DNA from: Candidatus Colwellbacteria bacterium
Lineage (GTDB): Bacteria; Patescibacteriota; Minisyncoccia; UBA6257; Colwellbacteraceae
NCBI GenBank assembly: GCA_028710275.1
Contig: JAQTUL010000007.1
Span: 952-64,951, forward strand
DNA: 64,000 nucleotides
Direction of reading: 5' to 3'
This document shows, piece by piece, positions 35,446 through 44,575 of this stretch; the stretch's first letter is position 1, and the number at the start of each line of letters is the position of its first letter. Position numbers and translations under genes: made by a program. The notes beneath the pieces were generated by a model. That model was not told the DNA's origin. It did not search any database and saw only the letters and a list, made by a program, of their open reading frames with translations.

Positions 35446-37065
35446 ATGAGAAGAACTGTAATATTTGCCGGTCAAGCAGGAAGTGGGGTTGATAAAACGG
35501 CCTCCATCTTCGCGGAGATGCTTGCGGCACAAGGCCTGCAGGTATTTATATACAGAGACTATTCCTCACTTATACGGGGGGGTCATAATTTCAGCACAGT
35601 CACCTTCGGAGAAGGATCGATAAGGTCACATGACAGAAAAGCTGATGCCTTGGTCGTTTTTAATAAGGATGCGATAGATCCTCATAGAGACAGTCTAATT
35701 AAGGGAGGTCTCATGGTCACTTCCGGAGATTATTCGGAGGAGGGAGCCGTAATAGCTTCTGGAGGTAATAATCGATATCTCGCCAATAACTCATCTCTAG
35801 GAATAATAGCCGGATACTTTGGGCTTGATAAAGAAAAAGCGAGGAGAGTGTTGGCTGAAAGGCTTGGACCGACCATGGGTTCTGCCGGTTCCGCATTTGA
35901 AGCCGGATATGATATGACCGATGGAAAGTATTCCATTAGGGGAGGAAAGAGAGCGATTGTAATCATGGATGGAAGTGAGGCCGTCGCGAGAGCGGCCATA
36001 GATATGGGGCTAAAGGCAGCCTTCTATTATCCAATGACCCCTGCGACGGGGGTTTTCGCGAAGCTTGTTAAAATGAGCGATGAAAGACCGATATCGGTTG
36101 TCAGAACAGAAGACGAGATAGCGGCAGCGATGGCTACTATCGGGGCGGGATTTTCCGGAGTGAGGGCGATGACCGGAAGTTCCGGAGGAGGATTAGCTCT
36201 TATGGGTGAAGCTGTCAGCCTTTCGGGAATGGCTGAAGTGCCACTTGTGATATACGCGGCACAAAGAACGGGTCCGTCGACTGGGGTGCCAACATATACG
36301 GCGCAGGGAGATATTAAATTCATATTATCCCTCGGTCCCGGAGAATTTCCCAAGTTCGTCGCCATGCCTGGTGATGCGGAAGAATCATATGAACTTACAG
36401 CACAAGCGTTTTATTTTGCTGATAAATACAGGATACCTTCGTTCATACTTTCCGATAAACATGTGGCAGAAAGCTACTTTTCTGTTTTGGGGACATTGAG
36501 AACGACTGTTCCCAAGAAGATGACGGTGAGAGTAAAACCAGTCAAGGGATATCAGAGCTACAAAATAGATGAGAGTGGTTTTTCTCCTATGGCAATACCT
36601 GGGAGCGGAAATCTTGCCAGAGCGACTAGCTATGAGCATGATGCGTTCGGAGCAACGATTGAAGATGCAGAAGCCATTAAAAAAATGACGGACAAAAGGA
36701 TTAGAAAATCATCTTCACTCGCTTCGGAGACGGCGGATTTTTCTCCAATCGTCACTTATGGGAAAGGAAGCAAGGTGATAGTGGGCGCCGGTTCAGTTAA
36801 AGGGGCAATACTAGACGCCCTAGAATATCTTCCTGGATGGAAGTTCGTTCAGATAAGACACATAGAACCGTTTCCGACGAAGGCGTTTACTGGCTCGCTA
36901 AAGAGCGCTAAGGAAGTGGTTATAGTAGAGAGTAATTCCACTGGACTTCTTGCTTCAATTATAAGAGAGAAGACAGGTGTGGATATCAAGAAAAAAATCC
37001 TCAAGTATGACGGCAGACCATTCGCGGCCGAAGAGATAGTAATATCAATAGGTAAAAAAAGATGA
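35446..37065 (+). CDS. 2-oxoacid:ferredoxin oxidoreductase, fused gamma-alpha subunit (KorA/PorA-like)
   Basis: gamma-like N-terminus (IFAGQAGSGVDKTASIFAEMLAAQG) followed by the alpha-subunit core (FYYPMTPATGV). Confidence 0.8.
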   Translation: MRRTVIFAGQAGSGVDKTASIFAEMLAAQGLQVFIYRDYSSLIRGGHNFSTVTFGEGSIRSHDRKADALVVFNKDAIDPHRDSLIKGGLMVTSGDYSEEGAVIASGGNNRYLANNSSLGIIAGYFGLDKEKARRVLAERLGPTMGSAGSAFEAGYDMTDGKYSIRGGKRAIVIMDGSEAVARAAIDMGLKAAFYYPMTPATGVFAKLVKMSDERPISVVRTEDEIAAAMATIGAGFSGVRAMTGSSGGGLALMGEAVSLSGMAEVPLVIYAAQRTGPSTGVPTYTAQGDIKFILSLGPGEFPKFVAMPGDAEESYELTAQAFYFADKYRIPSFILSDKHVAESYFSVLGTLRTTVPKKMTVRVKPVKGYQSYKIDESGFSPMAIPGSGNLARATSYEHDAFGATIEDAEAIKKMTDKRIRKSSSLASETADFSPIVTYGKGSKVIVGAGSVKGAILDALEYLPGWKFVQIRHIEPFPTKAFTGSLKSAKEVVIVESNSTGLLASIIREKTGVDIKKKILKYDGRPFAAEEIVISIGKKR

Positions 37066-37814
37066 ATATATCAGACCTTACTACCGGAGAAAGGCCAACT
37101 TGGTGTCCTGGGTGTGCTAACTTTGTGACGCTTGCCGCAATCAAGAAGGCTCTTATCGAATTACATTCAGAAGGGATGATTGATATAGACAAAACGGTAA
37201 TTGTCTCCGATATCGGGTGCGGAGCCAAGATATATGATTATCTTAACATCAACGGATTTTATGCCCTTCATGGCCGGGTTATACCGACGGCGATAGGAAT
37301 TAAAGTCGGTAATCCGGAATTGAATGTCATAGGTTTCGGCGGTGACGGAGGAACTTATGATGAAGGTATGTCTCATCTTGTGCATGCTTCAAGGACTAAT
37401 CCCGGCATAACCATGATGGTGGCCAACAATAGGGTGTTTGCCCTAACAAAGGGACAATCGACATCATCGGACTCGCCGATAACCAATCCTTTATCGATTG
37501 CGGCTGTTTCCGGAGCGGGATTTATAGCTAGAGGCTCCTCGACTGATCTTGACCATCTTTCATCCCTGATGAAGGAGGCTATATCCCATAAGGGATTCTC
37601 CCTTCTTGAGATAATGCAGCCGTGTATCATCTTTAGGAACGATGGAGTGGATATAGCCGAGAAAATGGAGATGATAGCCAAACCGAAAGAACCGAACTTC
37701 GGTAAAAACATCGACAGGCTTCATACGAAAGATGGTCGTTTGCCTATAGGAATATTTAGAAAAGAAGAAAGGCCTTCGCTGGAGGATTTAATGAGATATG
37801 ATCCGAAAGGATAG
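37062..37814 (+). CDS. 2-oxoacid:ferredoxin oxidoreductase beta subunit (TPP-binding)
   Basis: WCPGCANF, GCGAKIYDYL, GFGGDGG TPP-binding motif; overlaps the alpha stop. Confidence 0.85.
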   Translation: MNISDLTTGERPTWCPGCANFVTLAAIKKALIELHSEGMIDIDKTVIVSDIGCGAKIYDYLNINGFYALHGRVIPTAIGIKVGNPELNVIGFGGDGGTYDEGMSHLVHASRTNPGITMMVANNRVFALTKGQSTSSDSPITNPLSIAAVSGAGFIARGSSTDLDHLSSLMKEAISHKGFSLLEIMQPCIIFRNDGVDIAEKMEMIAKPKEPNFGKNIDRLHTKDGRLPIGIFRKEERPSLEDLMRYDPKG

Positions 37815-37907
37815 GTGACAGGATAATGATAAAGATACCCCGATATCGGGGTATCTTTATGTGCTAAATTTTAAAATTGAAATTTGGATTATCTAGCTTT
37901 CGGAATT

Positions 37908-40043
37908 TCATTCAAAATGGAACTCTCCGCGTAATTTATCCAGCCTTTTTTCTAAAGGAGAAAATTCATCGAATCTTATCTCTCCCTCTACGACCGCTTC
38001 GGCCGCCCGGCGGGTGCCTCTTATTATAGACGGGTCTTGAAGAGCTATCATCGTAAGGTCTGGGGTTCCAGTCTGGGAATCTCCTAAGAACTCTCCTGGA
38101 CCCCTGAGGGCAAGATCCTTCTCTGCAAGCTCAAATCCGCTTTTAGCCTCAACTACAACCTTTAATCTGTTGATGGCCGATTCCGAGGGGCTTTCGGAAA
38201 GTAAAAGACAATAAGACTTATGAGGTCCGCGTCCAACCCGTCCTTTAAATTGATAAAGCTGAGCAAGTCCGAATCGATCTGCGCTTTCTATCATCATTAC
38301 GGAAGCGTTCGGTATATCGACACCTACCTCGATAACCGAGGTAGCGACCAAGATATCTGTTTTTCCGTCACGGAAATCATCCATGACCCCGGCTTTTTCC
38401 CCGGTTTTCATTTTGCCATGGAGCATTACGACCTTAAGGTCTGGAAATATCTTCTTTGATAAACGTTCAAACTCTTCTTTCACTGTCTTCGCTTCATTTG
38501 AGGAGTTGGAAGAAATAACCTCTTCATCATCGTTCTTCTCTATTCGGGGACAGACAATGAAAGCCTGTCGGCCTTCTAATATTTCTTTTCTAACGAAATC
38601 ATATGCTTTTTCCCTGGATGATGGAGGAACGATGCGGGTTACTATCGGTTTTCTTTCCTTAGGGAGTTCATCGATTACTGACAGGTCGAGGTCTCCGAAA
38701 ATAGATATGGCAAGTGTTCGAGGAATAGGCGTGGCTGACATACTAAGAAAGTGAGGAACCTTATGGCTATCCAAGCCACTTTTCTTAAGAATCTTCCCCC
38801 TGGCCTTAACTCCGAAGCGGTGTTGTTCATCGACTATAACGAGACCTAGTTCGCCGAATTCTATCGCCGAACTTTTAGACTCAGCTATTAATGCATGCGT
38901 TCCTATCACGATGCGAATCTTTCCTTTTTTGATATCCTCTAAAATATCCTTGCGTTTGACCGATGATTCCAGCCCTGGTCCATAGAACACAGATGTTTCT
39001 TTTCCGGTCACGAGGGCAATAGGATATTCAAGCGAACCGAATAGCCTGATAAGCGTCGAGTAGTGCTGTTCGGCAAGAATCTCCGTGGGGGCCATAAGAG
39101 CTGTCTGGCAGCCGTGCTTTGCGGCCATTAGGGCGGCTATGGCAGAGACTACCGTCTTTCCTGAGCCGACGTCTCCTTGAAGAAGGCGATTCATCGGCCT
39201 CCCTGAGCCCATATCCTTCATTATCTCCCAAAGACTTCTCTTTTGAGAAAAAGTAAGCGAGAACGGCAAGGAAGACATTATCTCTTTTGCAAATCCGATA
39301 TCGCTTTCGATTACCGGACTCTCCATGGAAAGAAGCTTCTTCTTTTCGATGAGATTTATAAGCTGGACCATAAACAGGTCTTCAAAGGCAAATCTGCGTC
39401 TAGCCCGTTCAGCCTCACGGATATTGATGGGTATATGCAGAGCTCTAAGACTTTCGTTAACTTCAGGAAGGCTTTCAATCTCCCTAACCTTGTGCGGAAT
39501 GAATTCTTCGATTGGTTCCGTAATAGGAAGAATCTTTTTAATGGCTGTCCATATTGACTTAGAGGAGAGGCCGGTTGTCCGACGATACACGGGCATAATC
39601 CCGAAATCCGATATTTCCGAGACTGTCTCATATGTAGGGTTAGGAATGGTTAGGGATCTTTTGCCAAAGCTAACCTTTCCGGAGCCGACGATCTCCTGAC
39701 CCTCGGAAAATCCGTATCTGACATATGGCTGATTGAACCAAACGAGAGAGATGGTTCCGGTTGCATCTTTAAGCCGGACCTCCATCATGGAAAAACCCCT
39801 TCTCCATGCGCGACGTTGAAACGCTTTTTCCACTGTTCCGCGGAAGATAACATAGTCTCCAGCCTTCATTTTCGAGATTGGCATGGGTTTTGACCAATCT
39901 TCATAGCGTACTGGTGTATGACGAAGGAGATCTCCAACCGTCTCAAGTCCGAGTCGTCCGAATTTTTCGGAGGCCTTAGGTCCTATACCTTTTATATCGG
40001 AAAGAGGAGTATCTTTCTTCAGTCGGGATGACATATAGACCAT
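37908..40043 (-). CDS. recG: ATP-dependent DNA helicase RecG
   Basis: N-terminal wedge/OB domain, Walker A GDVGSGKT, DEQHRFG (DEQH box), helicase C motifs; 711 aa. Confidence 0.9.
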   Translation of the reverse strand: MVYMSSRLKKDTPLSDIKGIGPKASEKFGRLGLETVGDLLRHTPVRYEDWSKPMPISKMKAGDYVIFRGTVEKAFQRRAWRRGFSMMEVRLKDATGTISLVWFNQPYVRYGFSEGQEIVGSGKVSFGKRSLTIPNPTYETVSEISDFGIMPVYRRTTGLSSKSIWTAIKKILPITEPIEEFIPHKVREIESLPEVNESLRALHIPINIREAERARRRFAFEDLFMVQLINLIEKKKLLSMESPVIESDIGFAKEIMSSLPFSLTFSQKRSLWEIMKDMGSGRPMNRLLQGDVGSGKTVVSAIAALMAAKHGCQTALMAPTEILAEQHYSTLIRLFGSLEYPIALVTGKETSVFYGPGLESSVKRKDILEDIKKGKIRIVIGTHALIAESKSSAIEFGELGLVIVDEQHRFGVKARGKILKKSGLDSHKVPHFLSMSATPIPRTLAISIFGDLDLSVIDELPKERKPIVTRIVPPSSREKAYDFVRKEILEGRQAFIVCPRIEKNDDEEVISSNSSNEAKTVKEEFERLSKKIFPDLKVVMLHGKMKTGEKAGVMDDFRDGKTDILVATSVIEVGVDIPNASVMMIESADRFGLAQLYQFKGRVGRGPHKSYCLLLSESPSESAINRLKVVVEAKSGFELAEKDLALRGPGEFLGDSQTGTPDLTMIALQDPSIIRGTRRAAEAVVEGEIRFDEFSPLEKRLDKLRGEFHFE

Positions 40044-40138
40044 ATTCTACCACTTATAGCCTGTTTAGGCCGACGGTATTGCAAGGGTATGACCCGTGTG
40101 GTCTAATGGGGGCAGCTCATTTAAAGGGGGTTTTTGTA

Positions 40139-40527
40139 TGGAAAGGCTTTTAATACGAAATGATGAGGTAGCGGAGGCGAAGCTTCGGGAAGCGATTTCC
40201 TACATCGGAGAAAACTGCCCGAACGTTAGGGAACTGATAGAAAAGAGACTGAAGCACATCGATTTTCTCGGGGGACCGGTCTTTAACGGAAATCTGGTCA
40301 TCCATAACTATAGGGGTGAATCGGTGATAGGTGAATATCAGATATCCGTCGCCAAGGCAGCCGACCTATCAATCGCGGACCTAGCTGATCGCATATGTGC
40401 AGCCGCAATCATTGTAGCCGCAGAAGAAGCAGCGAGACCGCTAGGCTCATGGATCCTTTCTGGGGAAGAGGTCGAACTGATGGTTTCTTACGGGATGCAT
40501 ATCCCAGCCACTGAAATATCGTGTTAA
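40139..40527 (+). CDS. hypothetical protein (start chosen at the ATG with an AAAGGGGG RBS)
   Basis: ORF with terminator downstream; no family recognised. Confidence 0.4.
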
Positions 40528-40545
40528 CCGACCTCAAAAATAAAA

Positions 40546-40572
40546 AGGACGCCGAAGGCGTCCTTTCTTTTG
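40546..40572 (+). terminator. rho-independent terminator (AGGACGCC-gaa-GGCGTCCT followed by T-rich run)
   Basis: 8-bp GC stem followed by TTCTTTTG. Confidence 0.7.
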
Positions 40573-40620
40573 CATATTTTATATTTGGTATCCTTTTTTT
40601 AATCTTATTATTAGATTTTT

Positions 40621-40643
40621 AAAAACCTCCGCTCAAGCGGAGG
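40621..40643 (-). terminator. terminator after tRNA-Lys (CCTCCGC-tcaa-GCGGAGG, T-run on the minus strand)
   Basis: hairpin immediately 3' of the minus-strand tRNA, followed by AAAAA on plus (TTTTT on minus). Confidence 0.6.
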
Positions 40644-40649
40644 TTCAAG

Positions 40650-40722
40650 TGGATCGCCTGGGAATCGAACCCAGAACCTTACGCTTAAGAGGCGTCTGCT
40701 CTGCCAATTGAGCTAGCGATCC
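40650..40722 (-). tRNA. tRNA-Lys (anticodon CTT)
   Basis: reverse complement folds: acceptor GGATCGC/GCGATCC, D stem GCTC/GAGC, anticodon loop CTCTTAA, T-arm CTGGG-TTCGATT-CCCAG, discriminator A. Confidence 0.85.
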
Positions 40723-40834
40723 AAACAAGCGGTTAAAGACAATTGTGAATATATCCTATCCTAATATTTTTTTCAATAACCGGTTAGCCTTCCTTGGTTG
40801 TAAAACATGGGTTTTGAAATTAGAGTGATAGCAT

Positions 40835-40907
40835 GCGCCTTTAGCTCAATGGATAGAGCATCTGGCTTCGAACCAGAAGGTTGCGGGTTCGACTCCTGCA
40901 GGGCGCA
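40835..40907 (+). tRNA. tRNA-Arg (anticodon TCG)
   Basis: acceptor GCGCCTT/AGGGCGC, D stem GCTC/GAGC, anticodon stem TCTGG/CCAGA with loop CTTCGAA, T-arm GCGGG-TTCGACT-CCTGC. Confidence 0.8.
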
Positions 40908-40916
40908 CAACAAAGC

Positions 40917-42389
40917 GTGAAAAAAGATATCGTCGATAAAATTCCGAACGAGGCAAAAGAGGTTCTCCAAAAGTTGGAAGAGGCTGGTTTTCAGGCATAT
41001 GTCGTAGGAGGTGCCGTCAGGGATATTCTATATGAAAAGGTGCCGAAAGACTGGGACATCGCGACCGATGCCAGACCGGAAGTTATCCAGGTAATATTTC
41101 CGGATTCGGTATATGAAAACGCTTTTGGGACAGTTGGGGTAAAAACGAGATCGGATGATAAGAGCGTAGCCGTGATAGAGGTGACCACTTTCAGAAAAGA
41201 GGGTTCCTATTCTGATCGTAGGCATCCGGACGAGGTTCAGTTCGCTGATACGATAGAGGAGGATCTTTCAAGGAGAGATTTCACGGTGAATGCGATGGCG
41301 ATGACTATAAGAGGGGAGTTAACTGATCCGTTTGATGGACGGAGTGATATTTCCAAAAAATCGATAAGGGCTGTAGGCGATCCAGAAAGGCGTTTTGATG
41401 AAGATGCACTTCGACTTGTTCGCGCAGTCCGTTTTGCGGCAGAGTTGGGTTTTGAAATAGAAGATAAAACTCTTTCAGCTATAAGAGATAAAGCTTCACT
41501 TCTAAAAGAGATAGCTTCAGAAAGGATAAGGGAGGAATTCGTAAAGATATTGATGAGCGACGGCAATGGTCCGGCATGGGGAGTTGTTGAACTCGAAAAC
41601 CTTGGTCTTCTCTCGAACATCATTCCGGAACTTAGGGACGGTATAGGTGTCGGTCAAAACAAGCATCATATATACACTGTTTGGGAGCATAATCTTCGCG
41701 CGCTCGACTATACAGCCAAAGAAGGAGCATCTCTCGAAGTGCGATTAGCTGCCCTTTTGCATGATGTTGGGAAACCTAGATCCAAGGTTGGTGATGGGCC
41801 TGATTCGACCTTCCATAACCATGAAGTTATAGGGGGAAAGATGGCTGTCAAAATACTGGAGAGGCTTCATTTTTCCAAGAAAACAACAGAGCGGGTATCA
41901 CATCTAGTAAGACATCATCTTTTCTATTACAACGTCGGAGAGGTGACTGAGGCCGGGGTAAGGCGATTCATAAGCAGGGTAGGAGAAGAAAATATCGACG
42001 ATTTAATGAAGATACGTGAGGCCGATCGCATAGGGTCAGGTGTTCCTAAGGCGGTCCCATATAAGAACCGTCATCTCAAATTTATGATAGACAAGGTTCG
42101 CCGAGACCCTATAGCTCCAAAGATGCTCGCTCTTAACGGAAATGAACTGATGGGCAATCTTGGGATAGAGCCGGGACCCCGTATCGGAATGATTCTCTCG
42201 ATACTTCTCGAAAGCGTATTAGACGATCCTTCTTTAAACAATAAGGATTTTTTATCCGAAAGGGCGAGAGAACTTAATGTTATGGGTGACGATGAGCTTC
42301 GATTATTATCATTGAAAGCCAGAGATGCAAAGAGTGAATTCGAAGCTGGCATAGAAGCCGAGATAAAAAAGAGACATAAGGTCAGCTAG
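40917..42389 (+). CDS. cca: CCA-adding tRNA nucleotidyltransferase with HD domain (GTG start just after tRNA-Arg)
   Basis: pol-beta-type NT motif GGAVRD...DWD, HD motif HDVGK; located between tRNA genes; none of the tRNAs here encode CCA. Confidence 0.8.
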   Translation: MKKDIVDKIPNEAKEVLQKLEEAGFQAYVVGGAVRDILYEKVPKDWDIATDARPEVIQVIFPDSVYENAFGTVGVKTRSDDKSVAVIEVTTFRKEGSYSDRRHPDEVQFADTIEEDLSRRDFTVNAMAMTIRGELTDPFDGRSDISKKSIRAVGDPERRFDEDALRLVRAVRFAAELGFEIEDKTLSAIRDKASLLKEIASERIREEFVKILMSDGNGPAWGVVELENLGLLSNIIPELRDGIGVGQNKHHIYTVWEHNLRALDYTAKEGASLEVRLAALLHDVGKPRSKVGDGPDSTFHNHEVIGGKMAVKILERLHFSKKTTERVSHLVRHHLFYYNVGEVTEAGVRRFISRVGEENIDDLMKIREADRIGSGVPKAVPYKNRHLKFMIDKVRRDPIAPKMLALNGNELMGNLGIEPGPRIGMILSILLESVLDDPSLNNKDFLSERARELNVMGDDELRLLSLKARDAKSEFEAGIEAEIKKRHKVS

Positions 42390-42443
42390 GTTATCTATTG
42401 GAAAAAAGAAATCCGACGGGTTATAATGCCACCCGTCAGAGAA

Positions 42444-42514
42444 CGGGCTGTAGTATACCGGTAGTACGTACGATTCGGGTTCGTAAAGACTGGGTTCGAT
42501 TCCCAGCAGCCCGA
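42444..42514 (+). tRNA. tRNA-Pro (anticodon CGG)
   Basis: C1:G72 acceptor (CGGGCTG/CAGCCCG) typical of bacterial tRNA-Pro, anticodon stem TACGA/TCGTA with loop TTCGGGT, T-arm CTGGG-TTCGATT-CCCAG. Confidence 0.8.
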
Positions 42515-42567
42515 CAGAGATAAAACCCCCTCATGGGGGTTTTACAATGTGTCGCTGGGAATCGAAG
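42502..42567 (+). repeat. direct repeat copy 1: tRNA-Pro 3' end, terminator hairpin (AACCCCC-tcat-GGGGGTT), inverted T-arm copy (GCTGGGAATCGAA)
   Basis: about 66-bp unit repeated at 42673..42738 with three mismatches; the inverted 13-mer is the exact reverse complement of the tRNA-Pro T-arm segment. Confidence 0.8.
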
Positions 42568-42672
42568 GGGGAGGGGCCGGGAGGGGAGAAATGTCGCCCC
42601 TCCCGTTTAGGAAGAGATTAGAAACCGAGGGTTTCTAAAAGGAATAAGCGGATGCTTATGACGTGAGAGCTT

Positions 42673-42738
42673 CCCAGTAGCCCGACAGAGATAAAACCCC
42701 CTCATGGGGGTTTTACAATGTGTCACCGGGAATCGAAG
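42673..42738 (+). repeat. direct repeat copy 2 (partial tRNA-Pro 3' end, terminator hairpin, inverted T-arm-like segment)
   Basis: CCCAGTAGCCCGACAGAGATAAAACCCCCTCATGGGGGTTTTACAATGTGTCACCGGGAATCGAAG; period about 171 bp. Confidence 0.8.
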
Positions 42739-42834
42739 AAAAGGAGGATAGCTCTCTGCTATAATGATGGAAGAGTTGACGATTGCCCTGTGCTGAGGGT
42801 ATAAGGTCCGAAGCGAAACCCTAAAATAAAAGAA

Positions 42835-43755
42835 ATGGTAGAAATATATCAAAGGAGTATAAAGGACTCTCAGATGAACAAGATAGACCAGCTTCGACCA
42901 GGAAGCTGGGTCCTTGTTGAAGAGCCGACTACCGAGGAGCTGAGAGAGTTAGCAGAAAGCATGTCTCTTGACGAAGGACTCCTTAGGGACGGCATAGATC
43001 CATACGAGGTTCCTCGCATGGAAACTGATTCTGGAAATATATATGTGTATGCGAGAACCCCTCATCAAGAAGGGGAAATGATGACGACGGCACCTCTCCT
43101 TGTGGTTCTTGGAAGCGATTTCGTAATGACGGTATCCGGACATCGCTCTCCGATATTAAGAAAGATGCTTGGACCAGAGGAGAATTTACATACTACCCAG
43201 AAGGTCGCAATGCTTATCAGGGTCTTTTCTGAGGTGGTTTCCTCCTATAATATCTTCCTGACCGATATGAGAAAGAGAGTTAGGGGAGTGTCGTCCAATC
43301 TTGAAGACATAACGAACAGGGACATAATGCAGCTTGTAATGTTTGAAAACATTATGAATGACTTTTTGTCGGCACTTATCCCGATGAATTCGATAATATC
43401 TAATCTTCTTTCGGGAAAGTTCTTTAAGATGTACGAACAAGACCATGAGATAATCGAAGATCTATTCCTGGGAATCGGCCAGCTTATAGAGATAGCGAAA
43501 TCAACCCTTAAGACGACGGTTAATATCCGGGAGGCCTATTCGGTGATAATGACTACTAATCTGAATAAGGTAATCAAGATGCTTACCGCCCTTACTATCG
43601 TATTAACAATCCCAACTATGATATCGAGCTTCTTCGGAATGAATGTAATGGTTCCGCTTTCCCAATCTCCCTACGGTTTTTCGATTGTCGTAATCATAAC
43701 GGTCGCGATTGCCGGAGGTCTCATCTTCATCTTTAATCGCAATAACTGGCTTTAA
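42835..43755 (+). CDS. corA: CorA-family Mg2+/Co2+ transporter
   Basis: C-terminal two TM helices with the GMN motif (FFGMNVMVP); about 300 aa. Confidence 0.85.
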   Translation: MVEIYQRSIKDSQMNKIDQLRPGSWVLVEEPTTEELRELAESMSLDEGLLRDGIDPYEVPRMETDSGNIYVYARTPHQEGEMMTTAPLLVVLGSDFVMTVSGHRSPILRKMLGPEENLHTTQKVAMLIRVFSEVVSSYNIFLTDMRKRVRGVSSNLEDITNRDIMQLVMFENIMNDFLSALIPMNSIISNLLSGKFFKMYEQDHEIIEDLFLGIGQLIEIAKSTLKTTVNIREAYSVIMTTNLNKVIKMLTALTIVLTIPTMISSFFGMNVMVPLSQSPYGFSIVVIITVAIAGGLIFIFNRNNWL

Positions 43756-43758
43756 GAT

Positions 43759-44037
43759 ATGTTTATAAAAAAACAAGAAGACTTTGTCTGTGATAATTGC
43801 GGGCACGGGGTGGTGGGAACGGGATATACTAATCATTGTCCCAGCTGCTTATGGAGCAAGCATGTTGATATCGATCCGGGGGATAGGGCTTCTGATTGCG
43901 GGGGGATGATGAGGCCCGCAGCTGTGGAAAAGAAAGGCGATGAGTTTATATTGGTCCACATATGCGAACGATGTGGCCACGAGAAAAGAAATAAGATGTC
44001 TCCGGAAGACGATATGGAGGAGGCGTCGAGGATATAA
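43759..44037 (+). CDS. RNHCP-domain zinc-ribbon protein
   Basis: CDNCGH...YTNHCPSC...HICERCGH Cys pairs; the TNHCP signature matches the RNHCP domain name. Confidence 0.55.
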   Translation: MFIKKQEDFVCDNCGHGVVGTGYTNHCPSCLWSKHVDIDPGDRASDCGGMMRPAAVEKKGDEFILVHICERCGHEKRNKMSPEDDMEEASRI

Positions 44038-44043
44038 TAAAAA

Positions 44044-44064
44044 CCCCGCATCAAGCGGGATTTT
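44044..44064 (+). terminator. putative terminator (CCCGC-atcaa-GCGGG followed by TTTT)
   Basis: short GC stem followed by a T-run after the RNHCP gene. Confidence 0.45.
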
Positions 44065-44358
44065 AAGAGCTGCCAAACCCAGGAACCGAAAGGTCCTACT
44101 TCTTCTTGGCAGTCTTCTTTGCAGCCTTCTTGGCTTTCTTAGCGGCCATTGGTTTTTATATTTATGGTGAAGAGAGCGACCTTTCTCTTAATTTAATTAT
44201 AACTTAAGGGGGGGTGTGTATAACTTGATCAACGTTCAGAGATATACCGTTATAATCAGGTAAACCCCTCTTCCGAACGGAAAGAGAGACAGAATGGAGA
44301 GATGCCTGCATACAGACCGGGGAAAGGTCGAACTTTTTTAAAAAAATAAACAGATAAG

Positions 44359-44544
44359 GTGATAAAAATAATAGCCTGGACGTTGCTTATTATTGGGGGA
44401 TTAAATTGGGGTCTCGTCGGAGCATTCGACATAGACCTGGTAAAGATGCTCTTCGGAGATATGTCGGTCTTATCAAGGACGATCTATATCCTTGTCGGTA
44501 TCTCAGCGGCTTATATGGCCTTTATGCCGCCAAAGAAAGCCTAG
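44359..44544 (+). CDS. DUF378-family small membrane protein
   Basis: 61 aa, two TM helices, conserved GGLNWGLVG motif characteristic of DUF378. Confidence 0.55.
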   Translation: MIKIIAWTLLIIGGLNWGLVGAFDIDLVKMLFGDMSVLSRTIYILVGISAAYMAFMPPKKA

Positions 44545-44575
44545 CTCGACAACCGCTTGCGGTGCTATCATCGGG

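Noticed and set aside
40881-40916. Track start of the cca ORF overlapping tRNA-Arg
   Set aside because: The start would lie inside the tRNA. An in-frame GTG at 40917 directly after the tRNA gives a sensible N-terminus (MKKDIVDKIP...).
42497-42740. Possible CRISPR array (repeated units with hairpins)
   Set aside because: There are only two repeat copies. The repeat contains the tRNA-Pro 3' end and a terminator, there are no regularly spaced spacers, and there are no cas genes in the window.
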